A stretch of DNA of 64,000 nucleotides from Coleofasciculus chthonoplastes F2-STO-03 (GTDB lineage Bacteria > Cyanobacteriota > Cyanobacteriia > Cyanobacteriales > Coleofasciculaceae): NCBI GenBank assembly GCA_040222015.1, contig JAVJWO010000040.1:71964-135963 (forward strand), written 5' to 3'. Positions 23,759 to 33,822 of the stretch are shown here, one piece after another. The notes beneath the pieces were generated by a model. That model was not told where the DNA came from. It saw only the letters and a program-made list of their open reading frames with translations, and made no database searches. Both the position numbers and the translations under genes were made by a program. Every line of letters begins with the position of its first letter. Within the stretch, counting starts at the first letter, position 1.

Positions 23759-23828
23759 TACTTTTAATGCTGATACCTAGATCGTCGAGTATTATGAGAA
23801 ACCGGGTTTCTCGCGAAGATGACAGAAA

Positions 23829-23956
23829 TAAGCTGTTCGGCATTTAAACCTTAATGTCAATAATGGCAAAATCCTTGTAGTGCGTTAAGCGAAGCCATGC
23901 CGCAGGCTTTGCATCTTGCTCGCTACCTATTCCCAATTTAAATGCATGACAGCTTA
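23829..23956. mobile_element. MITE family A copy (128 bp TA-to-TA)
   Basis: TAAGCTGTTCGGCATTTAAA...TTTAAATGCATGACAGCTTA; near-identical reverse copy at 53430-53557; lies between two AGAAACC(G/C)GGTTTCT palindromes. Confidence 0.85.
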
Positions 23957-24002
23957 TCAAGCTTTCACCCAAAGAAACCCGGTTTCTTGACCGAGGCATC
24001 CA

Positions 24003-24779
24003 TTACATACCCATGATTTCATATCCAGCATCGACATATAAAACCTGACCCGTGATCCCACTGGCGAGATCACTCGATAAGAAGGTGGCGGTATTGCCAA
24101 CTTCTAGCTGGGTAACGGTTCGCCGTAGGGGTGCTACCTGTTCCACATGATGAATCATATCCAAGATGCCGCCCACCGCTGAAGACGCTAGGGTGCGGAT
24201 TGGACCAGCGGAAATCGCATTGACCCGAATATTACTCGGTCCCAATTCGGCGGCGAGGTAACGGACGCTCATCTCCAATCCTGACTTGGCAATCCCCATG
24301 ACATTATAATTGGGGATCACCTTCACACCTCCAAGATAGGTCAGGGTGACAATACTTCCCCCCTCTTTCATTAGGGGTTTAGCCGCAGCGGCTAATCGCG
24401 TCAGGGAATAGGTACTAATTTCTAAGGCTGTGGTAAACCCTTGTCGCGAGGTTTGGCTAAACTCTCCCGATAAGTCCTCTTTATTGGCAAAGGCAAGGCA
24501 ATGGATGAGGATGTCTAGTTTGCCCCACTGCTTCCCAATCGACTCAAAGGTGGCGTCAATTTGAGCATCATCCTGGACGTTACAGGGTAAGAAGACACTG
24601 GGTTGTAGCGGTTCTACCAAGTCTCTGACTTTCTTCTCATAGCGTCCTTTCTCATCGGGTAAATAGGTGACTCCCAACTCAGCACCCGCTTGGTGCAACT
24701 GTTGGGCAATGCCCCAGGCGATTGATCGATTGTTGGCAATCCCAGTCACTAGGGCATTCTTTCCAGTCAAATTCAGCAT
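24003..24779 (-). CDS. fabI: Enoyl-ACP reductase
   Basis: GIANNRSIAWGIA, YNVMGIAK, NAISAGPIRTLAS. Confidence 0.98.
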   Translation of the reverse strand: MLNLTGKNALVTGIANNRSIAWGIAQQLHQAGAELGVTYLPDEKGRYEKKVRDLVEPLQPSVFLPCNVQDDAQIDATFESIGKQWGKLDILIHCLAFANKEDLSGEFSQTSRQGFTTALEISTYSLTRLAAAAKPLMKEGGSIVTLTYLGGVKVIPNYNVMGIAKSGLEMSVRYLAAELGPSNIRVNAISAGPIRTLASSAVGGILDMIHHVEQVAPLRRTVTQLEVGNTATFLSSDLASGITGQVLYVDAGYEIMGM

Positions 24780-24910
24780 AGGTATCTTAATTCTTCAAGA
24801 CAATAAAACAAAGAATAACCGTGTTTGGGCGATGTTCGTTGTATGATAACGCCAAACCGTTAGCTATCAACTCAATTCGTCAGGTGTCCGTTGACATCTC
24901 ACCTCATTAT

Positions 24911-24924
24911 GTAACAATTAGTAC
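24911..24924. promoter_or_regulatory. NtcA box GTA-N8-TAC (distal)
   Basis: GTAACAATTAGTAC upstream of ntcA. Confidence 0.75.
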
Positions 24925-24950
24925 AAAAAACCTATTGGGACTCAGATTAA

Positions 24951-24964
24951 GTATTCTTGAATAC
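24951..24964. promoter_or_regulatory. NtcA box GTA-N8-TAC (proximal)
   Basis: GTATTCTTGAATAC, 40 bp from the distal box. Confidence 0.75.
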
Positions 24965-25059
24965 AATATAGGGATCGTTCATTGAGCCGATTTTGGAGTC
25001 TCAAGCTTCATCGGCGATCACTTAGAAGTCAGTAAGGCTTTGGCGCAAGGGTAATAGGT

Positions 25060-25731
25060 ATGGTCGTAATGCAAGATAGACCGTTAGCAGCTGTGTTCCG
25101 TCAAATCGGCGGAAGCTCATTTCCTCCCGTTATTGAAACCTTTGAACGGGGCAAAACTATTTTTTTCCCAGGAGATCCCGCCGAACGGGTCTACTTTCTA
25201 ATGAAAGGCGCTGTGAAGCTTTCCCGGGTATATGAGGCGGGGGAAGAAATTACAGTTGCTTTGTTGCGGGAAAATAGTGTCTTTGGGGTATTGTCATTGA
25301 TTACCGGTCACCGCTCTGATCGGTTTTACCATGCGGTAGCATTTACCCCGGTTGAACTGCTTTCGGCTCCGATTGACCAGGTAGAGCAAGCGCTCAAGGA
25401 CAACCCAGAGCTATCTATGTTGATGCTCCAGGGACTGTCCTCGCGGATTTTACAGACGGAAATGATGATCGAGACATTAGCTCACCGGGATATGGGATCT
25501 CGCTTGGTCAGTTTTTTATTGATTCTCTGCCGTGACTTTGGGGTTCCTGGCAAGGATGGGATTACCATTGACTTGAAGCTATCCCATCAAGCGATCGCGG
25601 AAGCGATTGGCTCCACACGAGTAACCGTCACTCGTCTACTGGGGGATCTGCGAACTGATCAAATGATTTCTATTCAAAAGAAAAAAATCACGGTTCACAA
25701 CCCTGTAGTGCTGAGTCAGCAGTTCACGTAG
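25060..25731 (+). CDS. ntcA: Global nitrogen regulator NtcA
   Basis: [38 protein letters not shown]; conserved divergent arrangement with fabI. Confidence 0.99.
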   Translation: MVVMQDRPLAAVFRQIGGSSFPPVIETFERGKTIFFPGDPAERVYFLMKGAVKLSRVYEAGEEITVALLRENSVFGVLSLITGHRSDRFYHAVAFTPVELLSAPIDQVEQALKDNPELSMLMLQGLSSRILQTEMMIETLAHRDMGSRLVSFLLILCRDFGVPGKDGITIDLKLSHQAIAEAIGSTRVTVTRLLGDLRTDQMISIQKKKITVHNPVVLSQQFT

Positions 25732-25765
25732 GCGTTGTAGACAATTTACTTATTGCTCAGGTTCA

Positions 25766-26749
25766 TCAATTTTGAATGCGAGAGGCTTTTGCTTGATTCA
25801 TTTGATGAACTTTAAGCTGTATTGCGTTGATAAGAGTGTGGGCGATTGCCAGTAGGACAAACTCCCCAACTAAGCCGAGAATCTGTTTGAGCGCGATCGC
25901 GAGAGCCTGAATCACACCGGAATCACTCTGGAGTGTTTTTTTCAATACTCCGGTTTGCAAGTCCCACACTTTAATCGCCTTATCTTTCCCACCACTTATT
26001 AAGGTTTTACCGTCATCACTGATGACAATAGCCAAAGCAGTTGGATGTCCCGTAAAGGTACGAAAGACAGAGAAATTGCAGTAGAGAGATTCCGTTGAAT
26101 TGTCAGAACAAGACTTCAACACTACAGGTTGTGTATCCCGTTTCAGGGATGGAAAAAGCTCATCCAGATGCCAGAAAATATTGCCAGTAACTATCACAAA
26201 CAATACGCCTCTCAATAACCAAGAGCGACGGATTTTATAACTAGAGTTTGGCGGCTCAAGGGGTTCTCCCTGAATAATCTGGGTTAACTCGCGGTGACTG
26301 CGATTTGCCTCATACCAAAACGAGCACCAGAAGGTAAATAATACAACAATTGGTAGTCCTAAAAACAGCAAGCCTTCAACTCTAACCCCATCCCCCGAAA
26401 AAATGCTCCACAGAAATAGTGGGATAGTGGCGCTGTACCATGTTAAGTACCAAAAAACTAAGAACCCAATCACGAAGGGATGTAACCTCATCGTGATCCG
26501 AATCACCGTTCCCTGAGATCCCGATTCAAATCGCCCTCGGATTCTGGGTAAAAATGAGTTTTGGTAATGAATAATTCGCCGCACCTCAAACCCATCACTG
26601 GAAATTGTTCCGGCATAAGGTGCATGGTTACGAGAAAAAGTCCAGCGAAATGTTTTGGGCGCTTCAATGTGAGCATTGAGCTTATCAATAACATCCGGCA
26701 ATGGCTCGTTGCTTTTCAGGGTAAAGGTATTGTCGGGTAAGAGTTGCAT
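25766..26749 (-). pseudogene. Membrane-anchored WD40 protein, truncated after about one repeat
   Basis: GHPTALAIVISDDGKTLISGGKDKAIKVWDLQTG, then a non-WD40 tail starting at HIP1 25893-25900. Confidence 0.65.
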
Positions 26750-26760
26750 GGGTTGAACTA

Positions 26761-28884
26761 TCAAGAATCAAAGGCTTTATTGTGACCCGAATGGGTCACT
26801 AGTTGATCCTGATTTGATGCTTCACGCTGCACCCGTTCCGGACGTCCCATACCCGTTGTCATCGCATAATGTTGGGCTAACAGTCGCAACCATAGCGCGG
26901 GATAACGATTCTCAATCCAGGGTTGTAAGCGACGAATCAGATTAGGGAACCACCCTTTAAGGAATCCACTCACTATAGCATTTCCAGTAAACGTGAAGTA
27001 GCTCTTCAGCCAGCGTAAGAAATCCTTTGTCCCTGCCATGTCCCAAATCCAAAAGATCAGGGCAGGATTACGTCTAGCTGCTTTTAATGCCAGTCGGTTG
27101 AAGGTTAACCAATCAAAACGGTCTTTAATAAAGGTATCAGCAACCTCTGGCGGTTCATCAGCTAAAAGCCCAAAGAAGGTATTTAGCATGGCGTTAACCC
27201 GTTGGGGAGGCAAATGACACCCGGTTGGCACCATCATGCCTTTGGAAAAGAGCCAGGTGACTGCAATATTACTTTGGTGAGCGCGAATTTGGTTTAAATC
27301 TTTGGCAGTTAGGAGATTATGCCGCAGGGCGGTATCGAGTAAGTCGGTTAACCGATACAGGTTACGCACCAGGGAACCAAATCCGGTAAACACCAGAGGC
27401 GATTGTAGGGAAGCCGCATCCCCAATGGTAACCAGCCGATCAAACGCCACCGTGCGATCGCGACTGCTGATGCTAAAGTGTCCAGGAATATAGCCGAATG
27501 TGGGTTTCTTCCACACCAATTTTTCTACGTCGCAGCGGCGGTACTCCGGCAGAATTGTAAAAAAGTCTTCATACATTTCTAATAAAGAGCCAGGGTTCTC
27601 AGGATGCACCTGATGGTAATGGAACAGATAGATCGTTAGTTCTTCCCCGGCTCCCGGAAACAGTTCCCAAATCAACTGCCGTCCCCGGGAAATGTCGCCG
27701 TGGCTATTGAGAACGTCTCCATAGTTAGAATCCCAAACCCCTGGCTCAAACCCACTGGCAATCACCGCACCGACGGTGGGGCAGACGCTATCAAACGCCC
27801 TGCCTCCATTCAGTTGCCAAGCGATGGGGGAAGCGGTACCCATGGCATCGACTAAAAGCCGTCCTCTGGCTTGTCGGGGGGTTTGGCTGGGCAGATGCTG
27901 TAGACTGACCACAACTTCCTCTGGCGTGATCTCTGCCCGGATAAACTCCGTCTCATCCCAGATGTCGCCGCCGGCTTTTTGTAACTTTTCTCCACATAAT
28001 TGTAACAATTTCTCTGAATCAATTGCCACATTGAGTACTGTTGGTGTATGTAATACAGGTGCTTTTAAATGAGGAGGATTGTTGCCATCAAAGAATTTGT
28101 TGAAGCCATCAATATATTCTCTGGCGATCATGGCTTCAAACTCATCGGGGGTAAATAACCCCAAATCGATGAGACTCTGAAACTCAGACCGGGAAATATT
28201 CCATTCTCGGTTCATGCGCCCAAAGGGTAATCGTTCGACCAGTAGAACTCGATACCCCCGTTGTGCCATCACGGCGGCGTGAATGACTCCCAGGGCGCCA
28301 CCGATATAAATCAGGTCATAGGTGGACTTTGATCGGCTGCTTCCTCGAAGCTGTGTCGGTTCCTCGGTTGTCTTAAACACCACTTGTTTAGGCTGCTGTG
28401 GATTCCGTACCCCTTCGCGCCATCGTTTTTCCCACCAATAGACGCGGTTGAGGTCATATTCCCCTTTGGGCATTTTTTGGAAGAAATGAACCGTCTGGGG
28501 ATAATAGGGTGCTAAAGCCTCAAAGATCGACTGTTGGGATAAATCGACCTCTGGGGGTTCAGGATAGCGATAGGGAAACTGACGGTGTAAGTCCCCTGTC
28601 AGCTTCTGGAGTAATTGCCGTTCTCCCGCGATCGCGCGATCGCAAGAGCGAAAGGCTTTCAAGTAGGTGGTTCGCTGCACCGACCAAACAAAAATGGAGA
28701 TTTCCGGAATCGGGACGCAAATCGGTGTAGATGAATTGGCTGAAGGCGCATGTTCAATTTGTACCAGGATACCATCCAGGGTTATCGTTTTCTTCCCCAG
28801 CTCAAAGTACCAGTCCTGCTGCAACCAGGTGCGAACAGTGTCGGTATCGGGGTTCGGTATTTCTACGTAGAGCAGTTCTTTCAT
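26761..28884 (-). CDS. cruA: CruA-type lycopene cyclase (FAD-dependent)
   Basis: IYIGGALG FAD motif, NREWNIS, PTVG, GDAASLQSPLVFTGFGS; about 700 aa with the N-terminal extension of CruA; ATG at 28884. Confidence 0.75.
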   Translation of the reverse strand: MKELLYVEIPNPDTDTVRTWLQQDWYFELGKKTITLDGILVQIEHAPSANSSTPICVPIPEISIFVWSVQRTTYLKAFRSCDRAIAGERQLLQKLTGDLHRQFPYRYPEPPEVDLSQQSIFEALAPYYPQTVHFFQKMPKGEYDLNRVYWWEKRWREGVRNPQQPKQVVFKTTEEPTQLRGSSRSKSTYDLIYIGGALGVIHAAVMAQRGYRVLLVERLPFGRMNREWNISRSEFQSLIDLGLFTPDEFEAMIAREYIDGFNKFFDGNNPPHLKAPVLHTPTVLNVAIDSEKLLQLCGEKLQKAGGDIWDETEFIRAEITPEEVVVSLQHLPSQTPRQARGRLLVDAMGTASPIAWQLNGGRAFDSVCPTVGAVIASGFEPGVWDSNYGDVLNSHGDISRGRQLIWELFPGAGEELTIYLFHYHQVHPENPGSLLEMYEDFFTILPEYRRCDVEKLVWKKPTFGYIPGHFSISSRDRTVAFDRLVTIGDAASLQSPLVFTGFGSLVRNLYRLTDLLDTALRHNLLTAKDLNQIRAHQSNIAVTWLFSKGMMVPTGCHLPPQRVNAMLNTFFGLLADEPPEVADTFIKDRFDWLTFNRLALKAARRNPALIFWIWDMAGTKDFLRWLKSYFTFTGNAIVSGFLKGWFPNLIRRLQPWIENRYPALWLRLLAQHYAMTTGMGRPERVQREASNQDQLVTHSGHNKAFDS

Positions 28885-29040
28885 CGGAGTGATCTGATTC
28901 GCTGAAGAATTAGGCAAGATAACGGAGGTGACTTGAAGCAAAATACGCTACACTTCCGGATACTGATTGGTTTAATATTAGTAAAAAAAGTTTACACTCT
29001 TCTCATTTTCGGTAAATTAGGGTGCTTTTGTTAACTCGCC

Positions 29041-29307
29041 ATGAATTATCCCATCCCAGTTAGTCCCCAAGAAATGACGGCTCTCCGTCAAAAACCAGTG
29101 AACGAAGAATTAGTAGCAGCGGCAATTGCCGGTGTCATTCAGATTGCCCGTTCTCAAGGACAGTCCTTAGACGAGCTTACCGCTGAAGTGCTAGCGGACG
29201 ATAGTGTCTTAGATCAGGCACAACGACGCTGGCTTAGTGATATTGTCGCCCAAGCCTGGAATATTATGCCGTCCATAGAGGCGGTGGAGAGTATCCCGGT
29301 TTCTTGA
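29041..29307 (+). CDS. Conserved cyanobacterial hypothetical protein
   Basis: 88-aa ORF MNYPIP...EELVAAAIAGVIQIARSQGQSLDEL, recognised as a recurring cyanobacterial small protein. Confidence 0.7.
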   Translation: MNYPIPVSPQEMTALRQKPVNEELVAAAIAGVIQIARSQGQSLDELTAEVLADDSVLDQAQRRWLSDIVAQAWNIMPSIEAVESIPVS

Positions 29308-29771
29308 GGATGTCAAGCGGTGCCAATCATCGCTTGACCCCAGGTTGCGATCTCGTCATTATTGTAATTCTAGTGTTGACGGCTGACTGGTGGTTGGTGA
29401 CTGGTGGCTGTTGACGGTTGGTTAGTGGGTATTTGCCGCCTATTTTGTCACGGTTCGTAGTCAGGACTTTAACCTAGACTTTGTTGGCTTTCATACCTCA
29501 ACCCTGGAAATTTTCTATTGATGCCAATACTATCCGTATCTACCCGGACTATTCCCGTCGTTTACCCATAGTAGATCCCGATAACCATACGTGGATAGTT
29601 GAAGCCGCGCTGCGCTAGGTAAGCTAAAGCTTTTGCCACGGGATTTTTCTTTGTCCAGTAAAATATATCTTAATTAAAGATTTAATGAAACATTAGCAAT
29701 TGAGTGAATTCTCTGATGGCTTCAGGAACTGACTAAGCTAGGATGAGATTAATCTGGATAACCCCAACGTT

Positions 29772-31748
29772 ATGTTTAAAGCCCGTACTCTGATTAAATT
29801 CCTGATTATTTTTTTACTGACGGTCTTTATTTTAACCTTTAATTGCCTTCATTATTGGATGTTCGATGTCTTCAATGTTTTGGGTCAAAACTCCCTGGCA
29901 GGCAATCAGTACAATTACGGTGAGGTATTGCAGAAAGCGGTTTATTTTTATGATGTGCAGCGCTCCGGAAAACTGCCTGCCAATAATCGAGTGGAATGGC
30001 GAGGGGATTCGGCTTTAACCGATGGCGCGGATAATGGGATTGACTTAACTGGAGGCTGGTATGATGCCGGGGATCATCTAAAATTTGGCTTTCCCATGGC
30101 AGCTTCAACCACACTGCTGGCTTGGGGCGTCATTGAATACGAAGACGCTTATAAAGAAAGTGGTCAATATAACGCCATGCTGGATAATTTACGCTGGGTT
30201 AATGACTATTTTATTAAAGCCCATCCTGCGCCAACAGTGTTGTGGGGTCAGGTGGGTAAAGGGAGTTTAGATCATGGGTGGTGGGGGGCGGCGGAGGTGA
30301 TGCCAATGGAGCGCCCTTCCTATAAAATTGATGCCACTTGTCCGGGTTCAGATTTAGCTGGAGAAACCGCCGCCGCGATGGCAGCTTCAGCTATGGTTTT
30401 TCAAGCAACCGATGCGAATTATGCCCAAACTCTGCTCAAACATGCCCAGGAACTCTACGACTTTGCTGAGCAATATCCGGGCAATTATTCCGATTGTATT
30501 ACCGAGGCGGCGGAGTATTATCAATCCAGTGGTTATACCGATGAACTGGTTTGGGGTGCAGCATGGCTTTATCGAGCCACACAAATGCCGGAGTATTTAC
30601 AAAAAGCTGAAGCCTATTATGAGCAGTTAAGGGATCAACCTAATGCGACTCTCGCTTATAATTGGACGCATACCTGGGATGATAAATCTTATGGCAGTTA
30701 TGTCTTATTAGCTGAATTAACCGGAAAAACCAAGTATCGACAAGACGCCGAACGTTGGTTAGACTATTGGTGCGATCGCTGTCAGTGGAAACACATCTCT
30801 TATACTCCAGGAGGACTGGCTTGGCTGGATGAATGGGGTTCGTTAAGATATACGGCAAAAACGGCATTTTTAGCCTTTATTTATGGGGACTCAGTAGACT
30901 CGGCTTGGACGCGACGAAAATATCATGCCTTTGCCGAACGGCAGATTAATTATATGTTAGGATCGAATCCAGATCAGCGGAGTTATGTGGTTGGATTTGG
31001 CAATAACCCACCCAGACAACCCCATCATCGAACAGCCCATGGTTCTTGGGCAAATAGTAAAGAAATTCCGGAAGAAACGCGGCATATTTTGTATGGAGCC
31101 TTAGTGGGTGGACCCGATCAGCAGGATAATTATATCGATGAACGATCTAATTTTCAGATGACTGAAGTGGCTACAGATTATAATGCCGGATTTACGGGGG
31201 CTGTGGCGAAACTCTATCAGAAATATGGGGGTAAACCCTTAGCCAATTTTCCGGAACCAGAACAACGAAGTGATGAATTTTTTGTCGAAGCGCAAGGAAA
31301 TCAACTGAGTGATAATTTAATGGAGGTTCAAGCCACAATTTATAACCAATCCGCGTGGCCCGCCCGAATTATTCCTAATTTATCGTTTCGCTATTTTATC
31401 GATAGTAGTGAGGTGATTGAAGCCGGAGTCAACCCAACGGATATTACAGTCAATGCCAGTTCTGAATCAGGAATAACGGTATCTGGACTCAATCCTTGGC
31501 AAAATTCGCCAACGATTTACTATATTCAGGTGGATGTAGATGGAACTCAACTTTATCCTGGGGGGGAAGCTTATTATAAAAAAGATGTCCAATTTGAGGT
31601 AAGTACACCGACAGGTATCTGGACTATGAATAATGATTGGTCGTACCAAGAGATGCTAGAACAAGCCGGGAAGGGCAAACGTACTCATATTCCGGTTTAT
31701 AATAGTGGACAATTAATGTTTGGAATTGAACCGCCCAAGAAGGGGTAA
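29772..31748 (+). CDS. GH9 endoglucanase with CBM3(c)-like C-terminal module
   Basis: GGWYDAGDHLKFGFP, PHHRTAH, TEVATDYNAG; C-terminal IYNQSAWPAR...LSFRYFID; N-terminal hydrophobic signal/anchor. Confidence 0.93.
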   Translation: MFKARTLIKFLIIFLLTVFILTFNCLHYWMFDVFNVLGQNSLAGNQYNYGEVLQKAVYFYDVQRSGKLPANNRVEWRGDSALTDGADNGIDLTGGWYDAGDHLKFGFPMAASTTLLAWGVIEYEDAYKESGQYNAMLDNLRWVNDYFIKAHPAPTVLWGQVGKGSLDHGWWGAAEVMPMERPSYKIDATCPGSDLAGETAAAMAASAMVFQATDANYAQTLLKHAQELYDFAEQYPGNYSDCITEAAEYYQSSGYTDELVWGAAWLYRATQMPEYLQKAEAYYEQLRDQPNATLAYNWTHTWDDKSYGSYVLLAELTGKTKYRQDAERWLDYWCDRCQWKHISYTPGGLAWLDEWGSLRYTAKTAFLAFIYGDSVDSAWTRRKYHAFAERQINYMLGSNPDQRSYVVGFGNNPPRQPHHRTAHGSWANSKEIPEETRHILYGALVGGPDQQDNYIDERSNFQMTEVATDYNAGFTGAVAKLYQKYGGKPLANFPEPEQRSDEFFVEAQGNQLSDNLMEVQATIYNQSAWPARIIPNLSFRYFIDSSEVIEAGVNPTDITVNASSESGITVSGLNPWQNSPTIYYIQVDVDGTQLYPGGEAYYKKDVQFEVSTPTGIWTMNNDWSYQEMLEQAGKGKRTHIPVYNSGQLMFGIEPPKKG

Positions 31749-31795
31749 AATAGTTTTGATGCTTCACAACCTTCGATGGCATGGCGCGTGATTGC

Positions 31796-31860
31796 GTAGG
31801 GGCGGGTTTAGGGACTTTCGTGCAGCTATTAATCATAACGTTTGTACAAAACCCGCCCTG
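31796..31860 (+). repeat. 65-bp REP-like element with a 30-nt core
   Basis: GTAGGGGCGGGTTTAGGGAC-N30-ACAAAACCCGCCCTG; same architecture at 46866, 48401 and 48555. Confidence 0.9.
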
Positions 31861-32047
31861 ACTTGACCCTTCGCTTTGAGTTTAAAGAAACGCATCTGGG
31901 GTCATGTAGGGGCTACCCACTTGCATAAATATCCCGTCCACTCAATTTGCTCGGGTCGCCCTCTCCTCAAACCTTTAGGTGATTGTTTTTTTAGGAATTA
32001 AAGGTGCATCTACAGATTAAACTGTATAAATAGAATGGAATGATGTC

Positions 32048-33781
32048 ATGAAAATCGATAGACGTTTTTTCCTCGGTTGGGCAATATCAATGGCGTATGG
32101 ATTCTTTGCTAAAGGACAAGCGCAAACGGTAAACCCAGATAGTCAAACTAAATTGTTGATTAATCAAGTCGGATATTCCAAAAGCCGTCCTAAATTAGCC
32201 TTTTTACTCAATTCAAATCATTCTGATACGAATACAATCCAATTAATTAACGCCCGTACTAACCGCCCCGTTTTCGAGGTGGATTTGTCATCACCGCTCC
32301 AAGATACAGCCAGCAAAGATAGTATCCAACGGATTGATTTTACCACATTCAACCGTCCCGGACGCTATTATCTGAAAATTGGAGAGATTCAGTCTTATCC
32401 CTTTGAAATTGGTCAAGCTATTTATCAATATGCTTTCAACAAAATGCTACGTTCCTACTATTTACAACGCTGTGGGGTAGCCATACGGGATTCTATCAAT
32501 GGGATTGGTCATTCTCCTTGCCATTTAAATGATGGCACCTTTGCCCATACGGATGATATGCATCGGGCGGGTGAAATGAAACGCGCCCAAGGGGGTTGGC
32601 ATGATGCGGGCGATTTTGGTAAATATGTGGGACCAACGGCGGTAACAGTGGGTCGTTTATTAAGTTTATATGAGCAATATCCATCGCTATTTTCTGACCG
32701 CCAACTGATGATTCCTGAAAGTGGTAATGGCAGACCAGATTTGCTGGATGAAATGAAGGTGGGATTGGATTGGATGCTGACCATGCAACGGCGCGATGGT
32801 GCGGTTTATCGCAAGCTTTCGGGGAAAGAATGGCCCCCCATGATTCTACCGAATGAGGATATCCAAACTCGCTATATTTATGGAATTTCCACACCAGAAA
32901 CAGCGAAATTTGCCGCAGCATTGGCAATGGCGGCGAGAGTGTATTCAGGGTATGATGTGTTATTGGCGAAGAATTATTTGAAAGCGGCGCAAAAAGCCTG
33001 GGAATTTTTACAAAATGAACCCTCCATGCGTGTGGATTGGGTTGAGGGGGATGATAGTGGTTCGGGGAAATATCTGGCTGGGGAGTGGGATACGGAAGCG
33101 TCGTTAAAAACGGATAAGGATGACCGTTTTTGGGCGGCAGCAGAGTTGTTGATTACGACAGGAGAGGCAAGTTTTGCGGCGTATTTAGAACAAGAGCTTC
33201 CTGACTTGCCTTATACTCTATTTGAATGGAAAGATCCCTCGGCTTTGGGGATGGCAGATTATCTGTGGCAAGCGCGTCAGCAAGGTTCAGAAAATCTGAA
33301 GGCGCAAATGAAGCAGAAGTTATTAGAACGGGCAGATCGTTTACTGGATACGGTGAATCGCAGTGGCTATCGCTTGGCACTGGATAAGTTTATTTGGGCG
33401 TCGAATAAGATGGTAGCGGAGGAAGGAATTACCTTGTTTTATGCCTATAAACTGACCGGGAATCAAGCGTATTATCAGGCGGCGGTAGATCAGTTAGATT
33501 ATTTGTTAGGACGCAATCATTTTAATCTATCCTTTGTTACGGCTGTGGGTTCAAATTCAGTCCGCAATGTCCATCACCGAGTTGCTGTCGCGAAAAAAAC
33601 GGTGATTCCCGGGTTAATGGTAGGGGGGGCGAATACAGAAGCCCAGGATGGAATTGCTCCGAAAGGATTAGGTCCGCTAAGTTATGTGGATGATGAGCGA
33701 TCTTATGCCACGAACGAATATGCGATTGATTATAATGCTCCTGCGATCGCACTGATGGGAATGGTGATGGCGGAAGGTTAA
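32048..33781 (+). CDS. GH9 glycoside hydrolase with Tat signal and N-terminal Ig-like domain
   Basis: DRRFFLG twin-arginine motif, INQVGY, GGWHDAGDFGKYV, HHR, NEYAIDYNA. Confidence 0.92.
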   Translation: MKIDRRFFLGWAISMAYGFFAKGQAQTVNPDSQTKLLINQVGYSKSRPKLAFLLNSNHSDTNTIQLINARTNRPVFEVDLSSPLQDTASKDSIQRIDFTTFNRPGRYYLKIGEIQSYPFEIGQAIYQYAFNKMLRSYYLQRCGVAIRDSINGIGHSPCHLNDGTFAHTDDMHRAGEMKRAQGGWHDAGDFGKYVGPTAVTVGRLLSLYEQYPSLFSDRQLMIPESGNGRPDLLDEMKVGLDWMLTMQRRDGAVYRKLSGKEWPPMILPNEDIQTRYIYGISTPETAKFAAALAMAARVYSGYDVLLAKNYLKAAQKAWEFLQNEPSMRVDWVEGDDSGSGKYLAGEWDTEASLKTDKDDRFWAAAELLITTGEASFAAYLEQELPDLPYTLFEWKDPSALGMADYLWQARQQGSENLKAQMKQKLLERADRLLDTVNRSGYRLALDKFIWASNKMVAEEGITLFYAYKLTGNQAYYQAAVDQLDYLLGRNHFNLSFVTAVGSNSVRNVHHRVAVAKKTVIPGLMVGGANTEAQDGIAPKGLGPLSYVDDERSYATNEYAIDYNAPAIALMGMVMAEG

Positions 33782-33822
33782 CTTGTACGAGTTAGAAGAA
33801 AGGCTTGTACGAGAAAAGCTTG

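Noticed and set aside
13640-24000. Integrative element with attL/attR at tRNA-Arg
   Set aside because: No second copy of the tRNA 3' end and no recognisable integrase were seen by eye; a BLASTn self-search would settle this
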